From Laetmonice hystrix (Eukaryota): a stretch of DNA of 64,000 bases. Positions 13,001 to 24,714 of the stretch are shown piece after piece. Every line of letters starts with the position of its first letter. Position 1 is the stretch's first letter. The DNA lies in NCBI GenBank assembly GCA_965235115.1, contig OZ249440.1:32986001-33050000 (forward strand), read 5' to 3'. The position numbers were made by a program, and so were the translations under genes. The notes below the pieces were generated by a model. It saw only the letters and a list, made by a program, of their open reading frames with translations. It made no database searches and had not been told where the DNA came from.

Positions 13001-14656
13001 CAAACCAGGGGGCACCACCGAAGGTGAAACCAGAGACAAACGACTTTGTTCATGACAGTGCCATTTCTATCCCACCAGCATTCTATGAAGATGACACAGA
13101 GAGTTACTAAGAGAGATTGAGTGATTTTAAATAACAATTTTTAAGGCCAGTGGATCATGAGCATCGTCGTAGACTGGGGCCTAGATGCTGTGTCTTAGTT
13201 GTGGTGGCTGACAGAGACTGAGACCAGACTCTTAGACTGAGTGACATTAAGCTAAAGCTAGATTTTAGATCTCTTAGGCTGCTGTTGATGTTTATAGGCC
13301 TGTAATACCCCTCGATTTAACGTGACCCTCAATTAAAGCCAGGAACGGACTGAGAACAAAAATACCTAATACATTTTCTCATAAGCTTCCCCACCCTCAC
13401 CAGGTATTTCACTGTACCAATGTTTTAAAATACATGTTCTTCAGTAAATAGGATTACCATCAATCCTATAAAGCCCACGTTGCTAGACAAACAGTCCAGA
13501 AGTTATTTCAACGGCTACCCTCTGTACTCGATGGTCCCTGAATATGGCCGGTGGTTACTCTAAGGCGCACCCCAGAATCTTAATCTCATGAAGACATTTC
13601 GGTTAAATTTAGTACTTTCCTAGTTACAAGGAATTCTGGTTGACAACTCATGCCCTTATCAATTTTCCAGTGGCGAATATATCTGGGAACTGACATGGCC
13701 TACATTATATATTCTTTAAATATTAACTTGTATACACTCATAGGAGTATTAAGTATTTTTCATGCTAGTTGCACATGAATGTAATTAAAAGTTTCCCTTT
13801 CTACTTGCAGAAGCAGCAGGCTGGGGTGGAGGCTGGTGACCTCCCGGAGGCTCAGGCCCTTCGTGAAAAAAAACCTGGCCCAGGTATCCAAACTGGGCGG
13901 CCAGACTCTGGAATCAATTATACAAGGAATCAATTAGCCTTATCAAATGACAACCTGAAGTACCAATCACAGATTGGTAAACAAAAGTCTGAACAATTAT
14001 CAAGGAATATGAATGATTCATCTTGGAATATGACTGAGAAAGATTCTGGAATCAATTGCATGAGGAATCAACCAACAACTGATAGCTCTGAATTGTTGAC
14101 AAACACAATGACATGCCAATTATGGCTTACAAACCGAAAGTCAAATGATTTATCAAGGAATATTACTGATCAAGTGACCACAAACGAGTCCTGCACCCTT
14201 ACGTGTCCAACTGTGACTGTCTTGGATGAAGGTGAGAGTGGATATAACGGTTCCTCTGTACAAGTGAAAATGGCTGAATTGCAAAGGTCGAGCACACAAA
14301 AGTCTTGCAAAAGAAAAATTGATACAACTGCACAAGACAAGCACGTGGAAATTACGGGTCCAACTGAAAACTACCTAGGTAAAACACAAATGATGAAACG
14401 TCAAAAAACACAATTTGAACCAACTCAAATGATAAGTGCAAAACAAACTAATTCAACTGCAGAAACAAAATGTACTGGTAATGAAAAAGTGTTTTGTGTG
14501 ATAGATGAACAGAAAAAGGCTTCAATGTCACAAAAGGTGCAAGATGTACATTCTAATGTATCTGACTGTGTCACAACCCAACCATCTGATGTGCCCTACA
14601 ATCCATCTTGTACTGCAAGCAATACGCTTCATAACTGTAAAGTTGGCAACCCACAT

Positions 14657-15272
14657 GTAATTGCTGCTAGTATGCATCAAGGAAATGAGTTGTTCTCAGA
14701 ATTTGGAAGAGGTAGATTTTGTCTTCCTGCTGCTGTTGTCTCGATATTAAACTTACAAAACTGTGATCATCCCACAAGCCGTGACATTGATGAAGTACTC
14801 TTTCAAGGGGATACTCTGTACAAACAAATACGTAATAAATTAAAAGATCAAAATGTCCATCTTCCTGATCAGTATTTGTCATTCTCAGATCTACCCAGTG
14901 GCATGGAAACTTCAGGAAATCGGTTTAACTGTGACTTAAATGAAGGAGACCTCATTCTTGGTCAATGCATTGGGGTTGGTGACGACAATGTGCCAATTAC
15001 TGAAACTGTAAAACTAGCTTTTGATAATCACAATGCAGCTCTGCTCATCATTGAAAACCAAGCAGTAAGTGTATTCATAAACGGTAACGGTCAGTTCTGT
15101 CTCTTTGATTCACATTCTAGAAATGTTCAGGGAGAGCAAACTTGTGATGGTACAGCCATTCTAATGTCTTTTGGATGTTTGGAAAAACTGAAAGAGCAAA
15201 TTGTGCGACTTGTGTGTAGCATAACAAACGAACCCTCTGGGGGAAGGTACGAGGTACAACCAGTTAAGATTA
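14657..15272 (+). other. Herpes large-tegument-like (VTD, peptidase C76-like) deubiquitinase domain with catalytic residues present
   Basis: ASMHQG (oxyanion Gln), GRFC (Cys codon at 14720), DIDEVLFQGDTLY, FCLFDSHSRN (Asp-x-His at 15107-15115). Confidence 0.8.
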
Positions 15273-15567
15273 CTGCTGCGCCACATTGTGTTCCAAATGT
15301 TAGTCCAGCAATTACAAAAAACTCTGAGATGAAACATAAAAAGCTGAAGACTTCTAAAACTGCATATCCTAGGGCAAAATCTTGCGTAAGACTGACGTTT
15401 TATGATGAAAACAGTGTAAAACTAGGTGGCACTGAAACACGAAACAGGTTCTCCGTTTTGACGACGCCACTGATGATGTCGATCAAGAAAATGACAAGTT
15501 TGAAGCAAATAAAGAATCCGTTCAAGTACAAAACTCTGATAAATCAAAATCAGATGTTAGTGGCCTA

Positions 15568-16170
15568 CATATTGCCTGGGGTAGCCTAAGCCAAGCTGAC
15601 AGTTGCTTTTCACAGTACAACAATAAAAAATTGTCGATAAGTAATGCCCTCATGAGTTTTACATGTCTTGAGGAACAAACTGCCTATGAAGGTTCAGATG
15701 TCAACTATGTGCTACTTGAAGGTGCCCGACTGTGTGACAAATGTGTAATGAAGAAAAATGTGAATCCTATTGAAAAGGCCATTCCAAAACAGTTCTCAGC
15801 AACTGATGCTATGTATACTGTGGAACGTGTAGACACTTTCAAGGGTGTCTTCACCAGTGCCATGAAAACCCGAAATCAAAAAGCAAACAGTCTGGTCGAT
15901 GATCTTTGTAAGGCATTTACGTCTACAGATACTCTGATTGTGTCTCTGGGAGGAAACTACCTTCTTACCGTCACAAAGTTAAGTGATGGGTCTTACGTGC
16001 TATTTAATCCTAATCCATGCAATGAAAGAGGGTTACCCATGCAAAATGGGAAAGCACTTATTGCAAAGTGCACAAACATTGTGCAAATAAGTGAAATTAT
16101 TGAAGAAGTAGCAAAAAAACTTGATAAAAGAATAGCACGTTACTACATTATCATGCTGAACATCAAGAAA
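15568..16170 (+). other. Second, degenerate VTD-like domain lacking catalytic residues
   Basis: HIAWGSLSQAD, DVNYVLLEGARL and YVLFNPNPCNERG...GKA parallel domain 1, but the Cys is absent and DSH is replaced by NPN. Confidence 0.6.
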
Positions 16171-16329
16171 TCGTGTAGGAACAAAGACTCCTCTGAAGGT
16201 TCTCATCTTTCTGACACGACCCAAATTAATGAATCATCTGAATCTGTGTCCAAGACACGAAACAGAACAGAATACATGAGGGAATATATGAGAAACAGAA
16301 GGCAGAGCAAACATTTCCGTGTGGGAGAA

Positions 16330-16700
16330 AGAGAGCACATTGTAAAACGACGTTTGGATTCCAAATTTCAAGAAACTGAGCACAACTATATAAAGAAAAA
16401 AAGAACCGATTCTGATTTCAAACAACATGAAAGGGAGTATTCCAAAAAAAGGCGCATGGATTCTGATTTCCAACAAAAAGAACAAGAGTATATAAAGAAA
16501 AGACGCATGGATTCTGATTTCCAACAAAAAGAACAAGAGTATATGAAGAAAAGACGCATGGATTCTGAATTCCAACAAAAGGAGCATGAGTATATTCGGA
16601 AAAGACGCATAGATTCCAATTTCCAACAAAAGGAGCTCGAGTATATAAAGAAAAGACGCATGGATATTGAATTCCAACAGAAAGAACATGAGTCTGATCT
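16330..16700 (+). repeat. Coding 51-bp tandem repeat (17 aa, KKRRMDSDFQQKEQEYI, ~7 copies)
   Basis: GCATGGATTCTGA recurs at 51-bp spacing (16454, 16505, 16556). Confidence 0.9.
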
Positions 16701-19700
16701 GCACCGATATAAAACTAATGAGGCATATCATAGTCAACATACACAGCAAAGTATCATAAAATATGCAAGATGTAAATCATTCAGGGAAAATGTACGGAAG
16801 TACAGCATGATAAAATACAAAGAATCTCCAGATTTCAGACACAAGGTGAAACACTACAGTTTGAAAAAATACAAAGAAAATCAAGATTTCAGATCAAGGA
16901 AATCTAAGGCTGAAAAAACACAATATTTCGAAAACAACAACTTTCGTGAGAACAAAAAACGCATTGTTCGCCTGCATTACATCCATGTTTCTACAGATCC
17001 AAACTTGATTAAACGCTTGCGAGAAAAGAGGAGACGCCAGTATTTGAGAAACATTGAGGCACTTAGATTGCGAGCTCGCCAGAGGAAGATTGATATCCAT
17101 AACCATCTCATGCTCATTGAAAACGTGAAGAGAACATTTGAGAACGTGGTTCAAGAATATCCTGAATATGTTTGCTCAGTTTGTTGTCGGCTTCTGTTCA
17201 AGACACAAGTGATCAAGTGTAACAAAGAGAAGTATGAAACGTCTCTTAGTAAGAAACATTTAGCAAGAAAATGTATCAAGAATGATGTAATGCAAACGTA
17301 CAATGAAAGATGTGCAAAAGGCTGTTCTGTACAAAGGGAATCACGCAGCCACTTGTTCATATGCCATACTTGTGATAGATATTTGACTGTTGGAAAAATG
17401 CCATATGAAGCTTACACCAATGGATTAGAACTGCACAAAATACCTCCTGAGCTTCAAACACTGAACATACTAGAAAAACATGTCATATCCCGAATGGTGC
17501 CTTTCATGAAACTAATCACCTTACCCAAAGGTGGCCAGAAAAAATTAAAAGGTCCTTGCATCTTAGTTCCGGCAGATTTACAAAATACATTGAATATTCT
17601 CCCAAGGTCAGATTCTGACAATCCAACCATTATAAAACTCAAAATGAAGAGAAAGATTTCATACGAAGGCCACTATGAATACCGACAAATTGACATGAAG
17701 AAGGTTTATGAGGCACTGAGATGCTTAAAGGATAAACTGAGAAATGTGCATTATGACAAAATTGAAATTGATAACATCGATTGCTCCATTAATGACAAAC
17801 TGGACGTTGAAAATGCAGTTGAAAAAGTTGAAAATGCAGTTGACTGCAGCGTCAGTGATGAAACTAACGGTGTAAACGTTAACCAGAATGCACCACCTTC
17901 AGAATGTAGTGAAGAGTGTGATGAAAAAGTCGAAGATGATGAAAGGACAGCAGGGCCAGTACTTGATACGTTTCTTATGCCTGTAGACATGGTTCAGGAG
18001 GCGTTACCCCTTTGTCCTGACAGTATTTTGTCTATTGCTCCATGTGAAAAAAATAAACCAACAAATCTGTTTGCCGACAAGGCATGCGAAGCACTTGCAT
18101 TTCCTAATCATTTCCCTGATGGTCGAAATACAATAACAGAAAGCAGGCAGCTGGAGCTCTCGCCATCCAAATATTTCCAAGCTAGATTGATGAATGTGGA
18201 CAATCGATTTGCAAAAGACCCACAGTATATATTTTTTTCACTTTACATCACAGAGTTGAGGTTTATTTCAAGCAACATATCAATTGCACTGAGAAAAGGT
18301 CAAAAACGAACTAAAGATGGTAAAAGTATCACAGCGGGTACATTATCACAAAGAAAAGGCATTGATCATGTGACTGGAGAAGATACAGGCTTCCGACATT
18401 TCCCTACATTGAAAGGTTCACCAGATTACTGGAAACAGACTCAGCATGATTTATTTGCAATGATAAGGCAGTTAGGCATTCCCACGTTCTTTTGCACTTT
18501 TAGCTGTAACAATGATTGGCCAGAAATCGTTACTGCTATTAAAGCACAACAGGGTGAAACAGTTGATGTTGACTCCTTGTCGTGGGAGGAGAAGTGCAAC
18601 ATTCTCGCATCCAATCCAGTCACATGTGCTCGAATGTTTGATCACCGTGTTAAACTTTTCCTAAACACCGTCCTTCGGTCTCCTGCTAAACCCATAGGTG
18701 AAATTATTGATTGGTTCTACCGTGTTGAATGGCAAGCACGAGGAAGTCCTCATATACACTGTTTATTCTGGGTAAAAGATGCTCCTGTAATAGACAGAGA
18801 TTCAGACCAAGCTGTATGTGATTTTATTGATCAATACGTCTGGTGTCAAATTCCTCAAGAGGATTTAAATCTGCGTGAAAAAGTTACTCGCTACCAAAAG
18901 CACAGTAAAAACCACAGAAAGAGTTGCAAAAAGGGTAATCGTCCATGTAGGTTCAACTTCCCTAAACCTGTTTCCAAGAACACTTTTATCTCGAGACCTG
19001 CAACTATGGCTGATGGTCAAGCTCCAAGCAAAGCAGAAATGCAATCCGCCTCAGAGCAACTGTCTGCTGTTAGAGATTTGATGAATGAAAAAGATCAGGA
19101 CGAAAATGTGTCCATAGATGACGCTTTACAAAAAGCGGGAATGACTTGGGAGACATATAGAAGGTGCTTTGACGTTGCAACAAAGAAGGTGGCCATTGTA
19201 ATGAGACGTGAATTGAAAGATTGTTGGACCAATCATTATAACCCTTCTCTACTTGACATTTGGAATGCAAACTTGGACATCCAATACATCACTGACCCAT
19301 ACAGCTGTGTCATGTACATTCTTTCTTACATAAGTAAAGCTGAACATGAACTTTCTGAAATTCTACGTAATGCCCAACGAGAGCTCAGAGAAGGCAATCA
19401 AGATTTAAAAAAAGAAATGAGAAAACTTGGAAATGTGTATCTCAATTACCGAGAAGTGAGTTGTCAAGAAGCTGCCCATCGGATGTGTAACCTTCATTTG
19501 AAAGAGTGCTCACGTGCAGTGGTTAACCTACCTGTCAATGAGAATGCTACCAGGTTGAGCCTCCCATTGGCAAAGATTGAAGCAAAGGCAAAAGAAAATG
19601 AAAACGATGACGATATTTGGTTTAAAAACATCATAGATAGATACCAAGCCCGGCCTGATGGTCAACAATTCGATAATATGTGTCTTGCTCAGTTTGCTTC

Positions 19701-21734
19701 TGACTATAGGATTGTTTATACAAAATCGCAAAATACAATTCAGTTAAAAGACAATTCTGGCATGATTCAAAAAAGGAGGAGTGAAAACTTTGCCGTGATT
19801 CGATACCCAAGACATTCCAAGTCAAATAAGCCAGAATTGTTTTATCAAAGTCAACTAAAGGTGTACTTGCCATGGAGACATCAATGTCAATTAATGCCTG
19901 TCGGATATGTGACATATGAGGAGTTCTATGATAGTGGAGCAGTCAGATTGTCCAAGGGTCAGGACATTAACATGGTTAAAACAATTGTGTCGAACAACCG
20001 GCTAAGATATGAAAAGGATGCTGATGTGTTGGATAATGCTTGGGAAATGCTACAAAACTCTGAAGGTCTGGAAGATGCTTGGGCTAGTGTTTCCATTGAA
20101 GCTGAAATGAGTAGACTAGACGCAGAAAGAGAAAGTCAAGCATTTCAGGAGCAATTTGATGAACCTATGACAGACGATCATGATCATATTGCTGATGAGT
20201 CACGAGGTAAGGTGCCGGGAACTCTTGCAATTGATCACAGTGATGATGGGTGTGTCACCAAAGCCGTAAAGCCAATGTTGAAAAGTATGAATAAAAAACA
20301 ACAACAGATATTTTATACCATTCGAAGATGGTGCCTTGACAAAGTGAATGGTGCACGTCCCGAGCCTTTCAGAATATTCCTTAATGGTGCAGCAGGTGTT
20401 GGTAAATCTTTATTGATCAAATGTATCCATTACGAGGCCACTAAAATCCTACTACAAAACCAAAGTGACCAGAACCTACCACCAGTTTTGTTGACAGCTA
20501 CTACAGCCTAGGTTTAGCTGCCTTTAATGTTGACGGATGCACTGTTCATTCCTTGCTGAAAATAATTAAACCACGTAAAGGGCCATACCAACCTCTGTCC
20601 GAAAATGTACTCAACACCATGAATACAAACTTACATGAAATGAAAATTCTTGTAATTGATGAAATTTCAATGATGGGAAGCCAGATCCTTGATTATGTGC
20701 ACAAACGACTGGGACAACTGAAACATAACAAAGAACTGTTTGGAGGAATCTCGATTCTAGCTGTTGGTGATTTTTACCAGCTTCCACCTGTAAGAGCAGG
20801 TTCCCCGATTTGTGTTCCAAATACATGTGACTTGTGGATGGACAACTTTCAGTCTGTAGAACTAACAGAAATCATGAGACAGAAAGATGATGCAGCCTTT
20901 GCCTCACTGCTCAATAGACTAAGATTAAAGGAAAAGAAAGCAAACCTGACCGATTCTGACAGAGAGAAATTGTTGTCACGTATCACTCCTCCTGAAAACT
21001 GCCCACAGGATGCACTGTATATTTATGCAAAGAACAAAGAAGTCGATAATCACAATGAAACCATGTTGCAAAACAAGTGCACAACTATTTCAGAAATTAT
21101 TGCTGTCGACGTTGTACGAGACAGAAAAACTGGTAGATTAGAGGAAAGACAAGTCTCTAAATCTAATAAAAACGATGGTCTTCCCAGTAAATTAAGAATT
21201 GCGGTTGGGGCAAGAGTGATGGTAACAAAAAATATTGACACCGAACATGGCATTACTAACGGCGCCATTGGAACTATAACAGCAATATTGCCTACATTAG
21301 ACGGTAAACCGTTACCTGAAGCAGTCTGTATCAAGTTTGATAATAACAAAGTTGGTCGAGGCTTGATAGAAAAAAAGAAAAACGCCACCGTTCCATTTGG
21401 TTCAGTGAAAGTAACCCCGTATGAAGAAAAAATGGATCCTGTAGAACAAGAAAGAAAGGGAGGAATCCGAAAACAGTTTCCCCTGAGGTTGGCATGGGCA
21501 TGTACCATACATAAAGTTCAAGGTCTCACTGTGGATAAAATTGTCATTTCCATGAAATCTATGTTCGAATCAGGACACGCTTATGTTGCTTTTTCAAGAG
21601 TGACAAACATACAAGGTCTCTATCTTCTAGATTACCATGAAGATAAAATTTATCGGAATGAGGGAGTTGCAGATGGTTTGGAACTAATGACACAACTCGA
21701 TCTCTCAAATCTTCTTGAGAATAAAGATTGTAGA

Positions 21735-22382
21735 CTTAATATTGTCCATCACAATGTCGAAGGATTGGCTCAGAATTTTGAAGGTTTAGCAAACCATTTC
21801 GAGATTTTTAATTCAGACGTTGTCTTACTATCTGAAACCTGGCTTTCTTCAAGTGGACATTTATCAAAGTTCCAACACCCCGATTTCTACCTATTGACCA
21901 AACCGAGAAAAGATAGTTACAATATACAGTCCATGGCATCACTGGAGAAAGGTGGTGTAGCAATTTATGTGAGGAAAACCATTGAAAACTGGGGTCTCGT
22001 ACTTTCTGTTACAAATCTAGAGTTTCTTCCACACGTGCTGAGAATTGATGATAAAACATATGTCGTTTGTGTTGTCTATAGACCGTCAAGATACTCTACA
22101 ACTTTGTTTTGTCCCGCACTACAAGACATGGTAACTCGTATGGAACAAACAATACAGAATTCTGGTTATATAATTACAGGAGACTTTAATGAGGATTTAA
22201 TGAAAGGCCAGAACACAATAAAGAACCTAATGGCTCATAATGGTTATAAACAAATAATTACTGAAGGAACCACATTTGCAAACACGTTGTTAGATGTGAT
22301 TTATGTCAAGAATGTTGACTTCAAGACGTGTGGTGTCTTACAAACCTTTTACAGTTATCATGACACAGTATTTATGCAAATT
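21735..22382 (+). other. C-terminal AP endonuclease (EEP) domain, diagnostic of Helentrons
   Basis: HHNVEGL, LSETWL, GGVAIY, VYRP, TGDFN, LLDVIY, YSYHD. Confidence 0.88.
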
Positions 22383-22675
22383 TGATGGTCAGTGCATAAA
22401 ATGATAATTATACAGTGTGTGTAAATTAAATGCTAATCACCTTGATCAAATTTGATGGACAGTGCATGAAATGATAATTATACAGTGTATGTAAATGAAA
22501 TGCTAATCACCTATTAATTTGGTTAATTTGATGGTCAGTGCATGAAATAATTATCCAGTGTGTGTAAATGAAATGCCAATCACCTATTGATTTTGTCAAG
22601 AGACCGAATTGTAAAAATAGGCATATAGGCAGTATTTATGCAAATTTGATGGACATTGCATGAAATGATAATTGT
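22379..22675 (+). repeat. ~70-bp tandem repeats (3-4 copies) directly after the Helentron stop codon
   Basis: AATTTGATGG.CAGTGCAT.AAAT.ATAATTAT.CAGTGT.TGTAAAT.AAATGC.AATCACCT repeated. Confidence 0.8.
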
Positions 22676-22909
22676 TTTTGTCGAATGACTTTTTAATAAC
22701 TGTTGAACACGTCAATGAGTGCGACGATAAATTTTCAAAACCTATACCTATTACAGGCCTCTCCGGTGCTTATAGGCCTCTCCGGTGCTAAGAAACCTAA
22801 TTGGTTTAATTTTAAGGGTTAGGGGGTTATGGGGGATTCCCCGGTAAGCTTCCGTCTCTACGCCGCCTCCCCCCTTTCATCAATTCTTCGATCCACCCTT
22901 GGAAATTAG

Positions 22910-23960
22910 AACTTGGATCCATTTAGAGGGGATCCAACTCCACAATGTTTCAGCTCAAAGTGTCCTTGGACACTGAAGCACCTTTTACTGCACTGGGGTG
23001 ATTTTAGTTTCATCAGACATTCAGAGGTTGGACTTCTGACTCTTTTACAGTTTAAGCGTATCACCAGCCCTATTGAGCTGACCAGACATTTTATACTGAG
23101 ATGTCAATTTCATCTCGCAGTGGTTTCATCTTCTTTTCATTGTGGAGATGGCCTTAGATGCCAACAATGTGTCAGACCACTAGCACTAGCTTAGTCACCG
23201 AGATCTATTATGCTTTTTAAGCAGCTTGCATTGGGACCCAGGATAAAATAGGTCCCTTTCACTTTTCAGTGTTCTAACTCTTTTTTCACTGTGAAGATGG
23301 CCTTAGATGCCGACACGGCGTAAACCAATTTATTTTATACCAGATTTTTGATATTGTGACGGCAGTTCTATCTTCCAGTGGTTTGACCTTCTCATACCTG
23401 CCAACCTTTCTTGAACAGAAAGAGGTAGGTTTTCGCGGCGACAAAGTCGCTGCACTGCGTGCAAACATGGGGGACATGCTCCCCCGAAAAATCTGGTTAA
23501 AAAGGAGGTAAAATAGTGCATTTTCCTGCTTTCGGAGACATAAATTGACTTTTATTGAAAGAGAACCAAGCAATCATCCACGAGATGAGAAAGCATACGC
23601 ATAGCAGTGCCTGAGATTCCTCGGCTGCTCCCAGAATGAGCCGAGTGTTGTGGCCGTTCATGCTAAAGTGGCGCTACCGCGTAGGCCTAGTGTTAAAAGA
23701 ACTGCACGTTTTATTTTTGTCTGAATGCGGTAGGGATAGTGCAACAAAGCGGTAGGCGGTAGGGATCATCCAAAATCGGTAGGCTACCGCGTAAATCGGT
23801 AGGGTTGGCAGGTATGCCTTCTTTTCATTGTGTAGATGGCCTTAAATGCCAACAATGTGTCAGACCACTATAATGCTTTTTTAAGCAGCTTCCGTTGGGA
23901 CCCGCGATCAAATAGGTCCCTTAAACTTTTACCCTTCATTGTTCTAATTCTTTTAATTTT
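22910..23960 (+). mobile_element. I/Nimb-group LINE 3' end remnant with duplicated tail
   Basis: Degenerate C-terminal knuckle CFSSKCPWTLKHLLLHWGDFSFIR; tail GATGGCCTTAGATGCC repeated three times, with GGCGTAAACC. Confidence 0.45.
23393..23816. mobile_element. hAT6-like MITE with 6-bp TSD
   Basis: TIR CATACCTGCCAACC / GGTTGGCAGGTATG; TSD CCTTCT. Confidence 0.82.
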
Positions 23961-24714
23961 GACAATGTCAAAATGGGATATCATATTTGAAGATAGGCCT
24001 AGGCCTACATAGATAAATCACAACCTTATGACAGCTAGTGCAGGGCTGGATCCACAAATTTGGAAGGGGGGGAGGCATGAGGCGAATCTGACAAAAGGGG
24101 GGTCTAACACGGTTAATTAAGCTCTATGGGGGGAAAAGACATAAAGGTGCTTCTCAAACAAACAGTGTCGTGTCGTGTTGTGTCAACATGGGAGAGGACT
24201 CCCATCCAACAAGCTGCAGTTCTACCACACTAGCTATGCCAAAAATTTAAAACATGGTACCAAAACCTGCGAACCGCTTTAAGAAGAAGAAAGGAGCAGC
24301 TGTAATTGAGTGACTGAAACGTCATAACAGGACAGGGCATACCTCATGTCGCATCATGGACAGATGCTGCAACGAGCGACATTGGACTTTGATGGGCTTC
24401 GCCTTTCAGCCATGCAGACGTGTGTGTGTGACAGTCGGCAATTATTTGGCAGCCAGAATGAACACTGTTTTCGCACAATGTGACAGTTTAGATTGGTCGA
24501 AATGAAAAAGACCTCAGGTTGGAAATTTTCGAAGAGACTTATTTTCGTCCACTGATGATGAGGCTTTCGGTAGATGTACATGTGGGCCTCGGCAACCGCA
24601 CAGGAGTCTGAATCAAAACTCTCGATTAACTAGAAGTTACTTGTTAATGTGTATTGTTGTATACAGTAGGCTACTGCAATTCTACCATTGTAACGATTAG
24701 ACCTCCTTGATTTA

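Larger units (their letters stand above)
13811..22385 (+). pseudogene. Helentron (Helitron2) Rep-helicase-endonuclease polyprotein, disrupted by frameshifts at ~15460 and ~20506-20510
   Basis: ORFs 13769-15589, 15631-20511 and 20553-22385 join into one protein. Motifs: Cys cluster CSVCCR...CHTC; GSPDYW; HUH motif VEWQARGSPHIHCLFW (~18724-18771); Rep tyrosines YILSYISK; Walker A GAAGVGKS (20386); DEISM; GDFYQLPPV; QFPLRLAWACTIHKVQG; YVAFSRV. Confidence 0.93.

Noticed and set aside
10995..13110. Possible extra exons (~11001-11101, 12508-12565, from 12991)
   Set aside because: Splice-like signals exist, but I could not build a consistent open frame or recognise a product
14657..15272. Endogenous herpesvirus
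   Set aside because: Only the DUB-like domain is present, fused into a Helentron protein; no other viral genes
15430..15631. Programmed frameshift, or two separate genes
   Set aside because: No clear X XXY YYZ slippery site at the junction; a 1-nt loss explains it, and a second lesion exists at ~20506
16033..21508. Minus-strand ORFs overlapping the Helentron gene
   Set aside because: Antisense shadows of a long ORF and its 51-bp repeat, with no recognisable motifs
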